DNA of 64,000 bases from Guillardia theta CCMP2712. Lineage: Eukaryota; Protista; Cryptophyta. The position numbers and the translations under genes are program-made. The notes under the pieces were generated by a model. That model saw nothing but the letters and a program-made list of their open reading frames with translations, was not told the DNA's origin and searched no databases. The DNA is taken from NCBI RefSeq assembly GCF_000315625.1, contig NW_005434668.1, positions 304,938-368,937 of the forward strand, written 5' to 3'. Positions 51,790 through 62,429 of this stretch are shown piece after piece (position 1 is the first letter of the stretch; each line of letters begins with the position of its first letter).

Positions 51790-52960
51790 AGCTAGCAAGA
51801 AGGATAGGCGTCAAGCACACGCCGCGCTGAGCGCGACGCCTGATGGAAGACATCCCCTTCTACTTGGAAGGAGTACTACAAGTGAAGCTCGACAAGTATC
51901 AGTTGGTGATCATCCAACGGCGCTTCTGATTCATGACTGTCATCATCCACGCTGGTATCTGTGCTATCCTGTCCTCCTCTTCTTGGAATCGATGAATCTG
52001 GACAACCTTCGTACGAATTTCTCATCAATGCTTCGGTCAGGGCGTCAGTGAACACCAAAAGCTTTCACGCGGCCACGGCGCTGTGATCGGAATTCTTTTG
52101 GTGGCATTCCAATACGGAAAATCTTGTATGCATCCACTTCAATGAACCCAAGTATCCGGTACAGAACATTCTGAATCTCCAGCCTGCCATGAGTTCCAAC
52201 CTTTTCTTCCAGTCCCAGTCCACTCTGTCTAAGGTGATTGTGCACATCGATCACAGATGCTCCGTTGAAATATGACTTGATCATGGCCGTTCTTGGCGTT
52301 GGTCACACGTCTTTTTCTTGCCTGTTCCTGGCCGCTGACCCTTCCTTCGATACCGAATTTTCAAATGGGGATCGGTTTCTTCTGTTTGCAATCTGTTCGA
52401 ACTGTTTGCAATCTGTTCGCATTGAAAGCGTGTATAAGGGGTCGGATACAATTCCATTGTTCGAATTCAACAGGCGGGCTGGCCGAGTCGTAATCGCTGC
52501 CCCATAAACTCCTTATTGGACCGTGTGGATGCAGAGTTCTCATGAACAACACACCCATGAACCGTCCGCCTGAAGCCATTCATGTACAGTGAATGGTTTG
52601 ACATTTGCTGGCAAAGAATTGTTCGTCCAGAGCAAACAACATTCAGTTTTGTCACAATCTCCGAAAAAATACTTCCACGGAAACAGAAATTTCCAGCAAT
52701 CGAGTGGAGTTTTCTCGTCAAGGATCTGCAGAGCTGGTCACAGTGTACTTGACAGTCGTTGATCTTCCGCAACACCAGTCGGTGATAACTGCCAAACGAG
52801 GACATTTTCTCCAAAATTGCAATTGATGGTCGTAGGCAAAGAGGAATCATTTTCATCATTTGATTCCCCTTGCATAGGGACAGGGTCATGATGAGACACC
52901 ACTACCGTGATCATTAGAGCCAGCGTCATCGGACGCGGCGACATCGCGGGCAGCGGAAAC
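51790..52960 (-). mobile_element. Decayed piggyBac-like (DDE_Tnp_1_7-type) transposase pseudogene
   Basis: Frameshifted fragments in the expected order: SGRTI, GRFMGVL, IKSYFNGASVIDVHNHLRQSGLGLEEKVGT...ILGFIEVDAY, FTDALTEALMRNSYE. These resemble protist piggyBac-like transposases. No terminal inverted repeats identified. Confidence 0.7.
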
Positions 52961-53777
52961 ATTGGTAGAATTTTGCAAATTTGGCATTTCCCCAGGCAAC
53001 AATGTGGATCGTAAGGTACTCTCCAAGACGCTAATTTTCATTCTTTCACCAGGCAAGTATGGCAATCAACCATCCATCTACCATTCCCACAATTCGCTAT
53101 CACCTCAAGTTCCGGTTATCGCGACGCAGCTCTTTGCAGGCCTGAAACCGTGACGGCCAAACATTTTACTTTTCACAGTTATCTCCTGTCCTATCTCGCC
53201 GTGACAACGGGTTGGTCGTTTGCAACGCGAAGTTCAGCGTTGGAAAGTTCTTCCTCCCCTCTTCCTTCCCCTGCCATTTTCCCCCGGGCCCGCCTTTATG
53301 CTGCCTTTAATGCCCTTCCGAACAAGGGGGCTGTATGAGTCGGAGGGCTCGAAAAAGGGACTCCCCGGGGAGTCCGGGACTCCCAGGGGAGGCCTTTGTC
53401 GATTAAAGGAACTTAAACTCGGCCCTCATTCCTTCGGCGGCGGCCACAGCGACATCGGTAGGTCCTGCGCGGAGTTAAGTGAAGGTTAGTACTGTCCTCG
53501 TACTGATTTTAACTTAACTTTGAGTAAACTGTCACAGGCCGGCTAGCCGAGTTGATTTAGGTTTGTTGAGCTTGGAGAGACCACAGGTTTGTGCTGAGAG
53601 CCATGCAGTGAGGAGGCGGAGGGGAAGACAAGAGACAGAGAAACAGGAACGAGATCAGAGACACCAAGAGACCGCAGAGGAGGGGAAGACAAGAGATAAC
53701 ACAAGCAGAGAGACAAAAGAAAGAACCTCGGGAGCAGAACACGCTGAGCCGGCTCTTGTTCACAAGTCCAGGCGAGG

Positions 53778-56700
53778 ATGGAGGGTATGTCAGATATTCT
53801 TGATGGAGGAGACCAAATTTCTCCGTGCATAGTCCTCACTGTCAGTCTTTCCTCGAGGAAGAGTGGTGCAGGTCTGTCTGTGAGCACAAAACAATGGAAC
53901 GGCTACGTTGCGCTACCTGCGATAGAAGGAGTTTGCAGTTGTATGTCCCTTGATCCTTGGACGAAGGACGTTCAACTCATGTATGACATGAAGAGAGTTT
54001 CTAGCACACTGCTGATCGCTTCTGACCATTATAATCAACAAGAGATATCCTTCTTGTTTTTTCTCAATGCGGTTGATGAAGTTCGAAATGTGTTCGGGAG
54101 AACATCGTATCATGCAGTGACGGTACACCCAAGTGCAAGAGATGTCTCAAAGGGAGTTGTTGAGGTACCTTTTCTGCACGCACAACAACCCTTAAGGACT
54201 TGCTTGCAGTTTTCTCCTGGAGGCAAGAAGTTTCGAAGCAAGCATATGGTTGATAGTATTGTAAGTGACATCGATACCTCGTGAGAGTTCGCCGACCAAC
54301 AACTTCTGACGACCAGTTGCAGATGCTTTACTATTTCGGTAAAACCAATTCAGAAGTCATCGCAAAGGTGATTGAGCTCCGTAGGTCAGCATGACAAATG
54401 TTTGATACTCCTCCTTTTGAAGGGTCTTTCAAAGAATCGTGCAGCAGTAGCCGGGATGATTACATGCGTTGAATCTAGGTAAAAGTTGCTGCTACGTTGT
54501 TCATATAAGAGCTGTAAGAGCATGTACAGTACATCTGATGGAGCAGCCCTCAGTGAGAATTACAATGGACCTGAACGAGCCGACAGTGCTCTCCAAGCAA
54601 TGGTCATCCGATCAATCACGTCGTTCGGATTTCAAGACTTTTTATCAGCTTCAGACTTTTATGAAGTGGAATCTGGATGCAAGCTCTTCCCTGAATACAT
54701 GTCTTTCAGAACCACCTTCAGCACCAATAGTATCGTTAGCAGCACCAAATCCATCAGCAGCACAAGCAGCGGCATGACAAGCAGAACCACAACAACAAGC
54801 AGGTCCTCAAGCAGCTCCTCAAGCAGCATCACAAGCAGCAGCAGCAGCAGCATCGCAGGCATCAACAGCATCGCAGGCAGCAGCATCGCAGGCAGCAGCA
54901 TCGCAGGCAGCAGCAGCAGCAGCACTTCGGTTTCTTGTCCTGCATTTTCCTTGTCCAATCAAGCTGAAAGCGTCAGCTCGATGAAGGCAGAAGACCAACC
55001 CTTGCCTACAAGACCTCTTAGTCAAAATAGCAGACCAGGTTCTGCCAACTCGATCACAACCACTCGCTCGGAACTTGAAGAGATTCAAAGGGATGGATCA
55101 CAGTCTCAATGTACAGCTAGTGAGCTATCGCAGCCTACAGATACAGCTAGTGAGCTATCGCAGGCTACAGGTACAGCTAGTGAGCTATCACAGCCTACAG
55201 GTACAGCTATTGAAGCTTCTATCGTACTGAAACCAGTTGCTGCAACCTACACAACTACAAGCTGTGATACGCTCCCCACTCCAAAATTCAGCTCTCGAAA
55301 AAACGCACGTAAAATAATCCGAGCACGGCGAACAAGCAACTTGAAGTCATTGAATCAAAACGGTAAATCAGAAATACATAGTGGCTTAAAACCAAGTTCA
55401 AGATTGTCTGAAGCATCGAGCAGCGCCTTGTCGGGCTTCGGGCAGACGAGCAGCACCTTGTCGGGCTTCGGGGGCAGCACCGGGCCAGCATTCGGTGGAG
55501 CAGCTGGGCTCGGATCAGGAGGCAGCCAGGCGTCGTCGAGCGCTGGAGCGAGCTCGAGCTCGAGCGCGGCATCGAGCAGCGGGTCAGAGTTTGGGGATGG
55601 AAAGAATTGTGGCATTGAGGACACACGGATCTGCAAGTATGAAGCCACTAAAGGGCCTGACGGTACAGGTACTGCCTCTGCAGTAGTAGTAGGGATGTAT
55701 CTTTCGATTACGCACATGGCTGTGTACTCGGGGAGCTCTTTTGAAGAACTCAGAGTCGGGGACTATTTGCTTAATCGTCGCTTTCTTGAACCGGGGAACC
55801 CGAGCCCAGTAGGCAGGACTGATCAACCATGTCTGATTGGATTTGGCAACAATTCTGGTTTTGCTACTGTGAATGGTTCAAGGATCAGAGAAGCAACCCC
55901 GGCCTTTCCTCCTGCGCCATTGTTTCAGTCGAAACCGCAAGACTCAAGGTTCGCGCAGGTTGAGCACGTGCAGTTTGATCAGGGCAAGATCAAGTTTGAA
56001 GGCGAATCAGCAAACAAAATGGGGATTGTGAAAGCAAGCTATCCCTTGAGTAGAGAGTATCCATACTTCGAAGTGTTCCTACTGAAAGACGCAGACCTCA
56101 ACTTCGGTATTGCTGTTGGGGTTTCTTGTGGGGCCTTCAATGCTGGGTCTATGGTGGGGAAGCAGCTGGGATCTATCGGCTATCACAGCCACGACGGCAA
56201 GTTGCACTATTGCACGAACAACATGTTTTCATCCAATCACATTAACTTCGGACCAAAATCCATGGCGGGAGACAGGATAGGATGCGGCATACTGAGCTTG
56301 ACGAATGAGGCCAGTGCGATCTACTTTGTTAGGAATGGAATCGAGATAGGAAGAATGGATCTAGATCCTGACATGTCGTTTCCCTTCGCTACCATCACCT
56401 CCAGTCATGGCGCCATGGTCGCCTTCGACTGCAAGCCCTGCCCTCCTCGTCCCGCCCTATCAGCTTGCCTTCTTCAAACTGCAGGCATGGATGTGCTGGA
56501 CACGGTGACAGGCGAGTGGAGGGCAGGAAAGCAGGTGGGAAAGGAAGGTCCTCGAGGAGTTCCGGTCCTGTTTGAAGGGTCAGATGTGCTGCATTATGCC
56601 AAGGCAGGGGAAGTAAAACCTTCAGAGTCAGGAGCTTCTGTTGAGGTAGAGTTCCCTACCTTGTCTCTAGCGCTGGAGGTGCTGCAAGCTGACGACACTG

Positions 56701-59700
56701 TCATCATCCAGAACTCTGAAATCTCTCAGTACTTTCTTGCTCCTCTAGAGATCACCAAGCCTTGCAGTATTGTGGCAGAGCGTGCTACCTCTGGTGCTAC
56801 CTCTGGTGCTACCTCGGGGATACCCAAGTTGGTATCTGTCGGGTCTTCTGCTCTGAGAATCTCTGCTTCTGGAGTTGTTCTTGACACTCTCTCCATCATG
56901 GCTCTTTCATCGCTGAGTAAGAACTTGTCGTTTACCTCGGGTGGCTGTTGTGGAGTGTTGCTGGCATCAGGATCTTTGACATTGAAGAACGTCGCAGTCA
57001 GATGCCCCAACGGCTCCGCAGTCTGCATCAACGAGACTGGTTGTCATGGGCTTCAAGTAGACGGCTGCAAGGTTGGGCCTTGTGGAAGGCACGGTATCGT
57101 CTTAAGTTCATGCGCTGAGGAAATTATCGTGAAGAATTCAACGATAGAAAATTGTGCAATGGTTGGTGTTGCGGCCAATGATTGTTGTGAGGCAAACTTT
57201 ATGAACTTGAACATTTCAGGCTGCAAGGTTGGTATCCATACTACTGGGGGAACCTTCAAGGTATCTGAGACAACCATCAAAGACTGCAATGAATCAGCTT
57301 TTCGCGTCTTTTGGAATCAACCTTTCAATGCACAAAAAATCCGCTTGGACACCTGCACGATCGAGAAGTGCTTCAGACCGATCGTGGCCGAGGGGAAGGG
57401 GCTCGAGATCGTCGTCCCCTCCTCTTGCATCATCGAAGGCTGCTCGCTCAAGAACGAAACGAAAGGAGGTGCGGTGATAGACTGGAAGAATGATCCCGAC
57501 CCGCCGGTAGAAACCTTCACGCCGCAGGACAACTTCAGCCGTTACATGAAACTGATGCTGGGCCTGGGAACTGAAGTCTTGGTGAAGGTGCTGAGAAAAT
57601 GTTACAAGTCGAGAACAGGCAAGAACTGGTACCACAGGACAGGGCGAGAGATAGCCTCTCGGATGAATGACTACCAGCGAAGTAGATTGGGCAAAGCCAT
57701 GCTTGAGCGGCTGAAGGAAGACGATATCGATAGCTGGGACATCACGCTGCTCTCAGCTCTTCTGGTGAACAATCCTGGCTACATGGACTCGTCGAGCTTA
57801 GAACGAGCAGTGGAGTCACTGAGAGATCAGAGGGACGAGTTTGTTCATTCCGCTAGCTTCAAGGACCTCTCCATGGATCACGACGAATTCCGATCGAAGT
57901 GGACGGAGGCCAAGGACGCTTTGGAGAGCTTGATCGGTAGTTTGCTGTCGTCGGAGGGAACGAGCCTGAGGAACCGCATCTCCTTTATCTACAACGAGCG
58001 AAAGGAGGGGAGCAGCGACTCGCGCAAGGAGAGGGAGGAGCAGCAGCGCAAGGAGAGGGAGGAGCAGCAGCGCAAGGAGAGGGAGGAGCAGCAGCGCAAG
58101 GAGAGGGAGGAGCAGCAGCGCAAGGAGAGGGAGGAGCAGCAGCGCAGAGAGAGGGAGGAGCACGACGTTGCTTCCCAGGTCCTTTATGCCATGTCTTATA
58201 TCTCGATGATGTGTGAATCCCTTTTCTTTCAAGTTGGGTCAAATCCCATCGTGGAACTTCGAGTCCTTCACGGACCTGCAGCAGATCGGCTCAGGCTCCT
58301 TCAAGCTCGTCTACAGGGCTCGGTGGCAGCAGCCGCATGGCAGCAGCGCTGACGTGGCGATCCAGCGAATCCAAGGCAGCGGACCCACTGGGAGGAGAGA
58401 AGAGTTCGAGCAGGAGGTGAAGATCTTCCAACAGCTGGGTCGTCACCCCAACCTCCTTCGCCTCCTCGCCACCAGCATCGAGCCGAGCTCCGGCGACTAC
58501 TGCCTGGTGACTGAGTTCGCTTCCAAGGGCTCTCTCGATGGGATCTTGTCCAACTACGCCGAGAAGGAGGAGACGATGAGTCTTCTGGTGCAGCTGCAGG
58601 TGGCGAGGCAGATCTGCGACGGGATGGTGCAGCTGTCGCTGCATGAGGTCGTGCATCGGGACCTGGCGGCGAGGAACGTGCTTGTGTTCAGCCTGGACCC
58701 GGAGGATCACCTGGCTGTCAGCGTCAAGATCGCAGACTACGCGCTGTCCATCATGGCCTCGCGCGGGTACGGGGAGAGCAGGGCCGGGAGCGTGAGCACG
58801 GCAGGCTCGACGGCTCGACCAGTGCGGTGGATGGCGCCGGAGAGCATCGAGAGGAGGCAGTACTCGGAGAAGAGCGATGTGTGGGCGTTCGGGGTGACCA
58901 TGTGGGAGGTCTGGACCTACGGCAAGATTCCTTACTGGGCCTTCACAGACGATTCGCTTGTAGGACCTAAGGTGCTGGAGGGCGACAGGCTCTCTAAACC
59001 TGAGACATGTCCTTGGGGATGCTACAGAATCATGCAGGAATGCTGGAAGGCCAGCAAACATGCGCGCCCGAACTTTATTGACCTTCAGAAATCGCTTCAA
59101 GGACAATATTACGATGCTCTGCTCAGTCTCTCCATCCGACGACAAGACGAAGGGAAAGTAAGCCTTTTCTTCTTTCTTGTCTTGCATTTTTGTATTGTAA
59201 GACCTTGTTCCAGGTGATTGGGAATCCGAGGCCCCAGGATGTACTGGAAAACTATTTTGATGTCAGTTTGAACCCTGAAAGTGCTGGTGAAAACAAGACT
59301 CGACACGACTTGGCCCTTGCCTTGGCAAACTGGATGCCGGAAGCGGAGAGCACGAGGCAATTCAATCCCAACGACGTGAAGGCATTCCTGGATCAGATCG
59401 ACAAGGGGCCACGCGACGTCGTCAAGGTCCGACTTGTTGAATCGTTTCTCCGAATGATGAACCCCGCAGATCATCGGCTTCTCCGAATTCCCTTTCACCA
59501 ACGGAAGGAGGCTGAAAGAGGCTAACTGGACCATCGAGCGCGAGTACTGGCTGAAGCTCGATCGCATCGACAGGCGTGTGGCTGGGGAGGACGGTTACGT
59601 CATCCTGCACGTGCACTACGCGGGCAAGTGGACCGCCGCACGGGACAGGCGAGACACATCGATGATCACGCAACTGAACATCCGACACACGACTAGGAAG

Positions 59701-60675
59701 GTGGAGCTCGCGTACCATCGCAAGTGCGTGGACCTCAACAAGTGGAAGGAAAGGCATGGGAGCGAGGTGCTCCCCAACCTGCCAGCTGAAGGCTGGCGCT
59801 GGCGGGAGAACCCGGGGATCTGCAGGTCCATGCATGGGCTGCTGATGGAAGCAGAGCGTTGCACCACCTGGGTGCGGTCTCTTGTTATCCCTAAAGCCTT
59901 GTCGCTTGCAACTCCAGCGGGAGCAAAGAAAGCACTGATCATCAGCAACAAGAAGTACCAGCACACGCAGATCAAGGACCTTCCCAACGCCATCATGGAC
60001 GGCTCGAAGCTTGAGTCAGCCCTGATGGAGCTGGGGTGGGATGTGGAGTTCGAGGTGAACTTGGGGCTCGAGGACATGGTAAAGGCTGTGAAGGGCTTCA
60101 GGGATTCTGTGAGGGAGGACCGTGATGCCGCCTTGTTCGCCTTCATCGGGCATGCGGTAGAAGTCAACGGGAAACTTTTCCTCATCCCCAAGGGCTTTCT
60201 GGCAGACAGCTTGACGGACGAAGACATGGAAGAAGATCTTCAGAGCTATGCCCTGCCCTTCAGCAAGGTGCAATCTTTCTTGCGAACTGCAAGGAAGGGA
60301 CGAAATCCAACTGTATTCGTACTCGACTGCTGTCGCAGCAACGGGCTCTCCGCCTCTGTCTCTCGGTCCTTTGATGTCGGAACAGACAAGCTCAGCGCTC
60401 CTGGGATCGACGTGGTCAACTCTTGCGTTGTCTATTCCACGCAGGCCGGACAAGTAGCGTTCGATGGGGAGCCAGGGCGTGGGGGACCTTTCATGTCGGT
60501 GTTTGCGGCGAACATCCTTGCAGAGGACAAGAGTTTGAACGATGTGATGGAAGAGACAAGGAAATCTGTGATCAACAAGACCAACATGGTCCAGATGGCT
60601 CCGTTTTTGACAATGCTTACGGAGGCTTTCTTCTTCAACCCCGGCTGTCGGGTTGATGTTAAGAACTTTGCGTGA
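53778..60675 (+). CDS. Giant multidomain protein: Ser-rich region, Nup98-like FG/GLEBS, SPRY, right-handed beta-helix, DZIP3-type HEPN, coiled coil, TK-like pseudokinase, unknown domain, caspase-like peptidase C14
   Basis: ORF 54486-58178 joins in frame through phase-0 GT-AG introns 58179-58233, 59158-59213 and 59427-59469 to the stop at 60675 (~2,010 aa). Linkage of the 5' exons from 53778 is tentative. Confidence 0.8.
55110..55210 (+). repeat. 30-bp coding tandem repeat (TASELSQPT x3)
   Basis: gtacagctagtgagctatcgcagcctacag units. Confidence 0.9.
58022..58160 (+). repeat. 24-bp coding tandem repeat (RKEREEQQ x5-6), predicted charged helix
   Basis: cgcaaggagagggaggagcagcag units. Confidence 0.95.
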
Positions 60676-62429
60676 AGCGTGTGGAATTCCATGATTGTTC
60701 TGGAAGAGTAAAACGATACTATGACGTAGCTCTAGAGCAGCTCCTTGTGCGCCAGGAGCATACAAGCGCCACCATTAATGTACAGCTCTCACAGTAATAT
60801 TGTTGATGCCCTGTAAGATCGTTCCAGGTTTCAAGGCTGTTGCTTTTTCCGTGTTCACGGCACGAACCTCGAAAACGTTCAGCCTGGTGATAGATCATAT
60901 CATCTGCAAACAAACTCCACCTGTCCTTCTATTTCGTTTCTTTTTGCGTGGAAGGCTGTCCCACCCGCACCCTGACGCCACCATACTTAGCCCTTCACTC
61001 TGGGATCAGCATGGAGGTCACTGGATATTACATGCAGGAAAGCCTTGACCTGTTCCTCGCCATGATCCGGGAGATCGGCAGTGCGCAAGTTCAGCCTGCT
61101 CTGTAGACACCCGGACAAGGATGTGCTGGAGGCTGACACGTCCAACTCAGCTGTACGGCCATGCAGCCAGCCTTCCAACTGGCCCACAACAGGGTCATGA
61201 ACATCCTTCAGGACAGCCTTGTCAGAACATGGGAGACACATGCGCTAGCGACTCAGTCAGCGTGGGATGCCCCCGTGAGCTGCAGCCCATGGCTCACAGA
61301 GACCTGAGGGAGAAAGAATGGAACAACGGTTGCGCAACCAGATGAGAACGCGAGAAGACAAAACAACAAGTGATGGAAGAGAGTCTCAGGCTGTTTGGCG
61401 ATCAACTCTATTCCATCTCTGATCATTGCGGATTCATCGAAGAGGAGGCTATACTTCGAGACAGTATACCCTCCTCTTCAATCAATACCTAATCCCTCAT
61501 CCTCAACTGACCCGGTCACGTGCCTTCCAGCTGTCAGCTTGCAATCAGCTGGTGCATTATCTCTTCGCTGCAAGACCTCTCTGCACTACAAGGCCTGTAA
61601 TCAAGGTCTGTGCGAGTGTTGACTTTCGGTCCTGCCAGCTGAGGTGATGAGGAAAATGTTCCTTTGACCCTCAGACCAGGCGATCGCTCGGGTTTAGTAG
61701 CACCAAGGGTGAGAGACTGAGAGGTTGCTACATGCCACGTCACCCATGGATCGGATACGTTCTTTATCTCTGAAAAATCCATCGAGACTCAAGGTTACCT
61801 GCCCAACGAATATGTCCCTCCTGATCGCATCAATCTCGTCGTCGTCGTCGACGACGTCGTCGTCATCATCATCTTTATCATGATGATGATGATGATCGTC
61901 CTGATCACTTCAGCCCCCTCCATCACCCCTACTCCTCTAGGTACCCCTCCTTGCAAGGCCCCTCTCATCTCAGACCCCTGTCTCCCCCCGCATCTGATTA
62001 ACTTTAGCCCCTAGCACCACCCCTGGTACCTCACAAGACCCTACCTGGTATCGCAAGCTTGCATGGAAGCGGCACCGAGGCCAAGCTGAAGTACTACGTC
62101 CAGCTGCACGGCAATGACGCAGCCGAGGTCAGTTTGGTGTCAGACTGGTATCCCTGGAAGCGCTGTTTACCTTGCGTGAAGGTCACAAGGACCCTGCTGG
62201 ACATGGTCAAGTTGATTGTGAGCTCTCTGCTCAAGCCGGAGCACAACGGCTTGAGATGGGCAGGCATGGAATGATCGTGTGATCGCTTGTCGGGATACAT
62301 CATATCAGCTGCTCGTCGGTGGAGTGAGAGAGGCTCAACTCAAGGTCACACTAGTACTCTAATCAAGTCTACTACTAATACTAACACAAGTTGTCTGTAT
62401 TGTTGTCTGTATCCTCTGCTCTATCTATT

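Noticed and set aside
55410-55930. Calling the giant gene the true NUP98
   Set aside because: Only a few FG units, no autoproteolytic domain or Nup96 part, and unrelated domains follow.
58291-60765. Long minus-strand ORFs (298, 180, 203, 249 aa) opposite the kinase and caspase exons
   Set aside because: Antisense shadows of GC-rich coding sequence with no motifs of their own.
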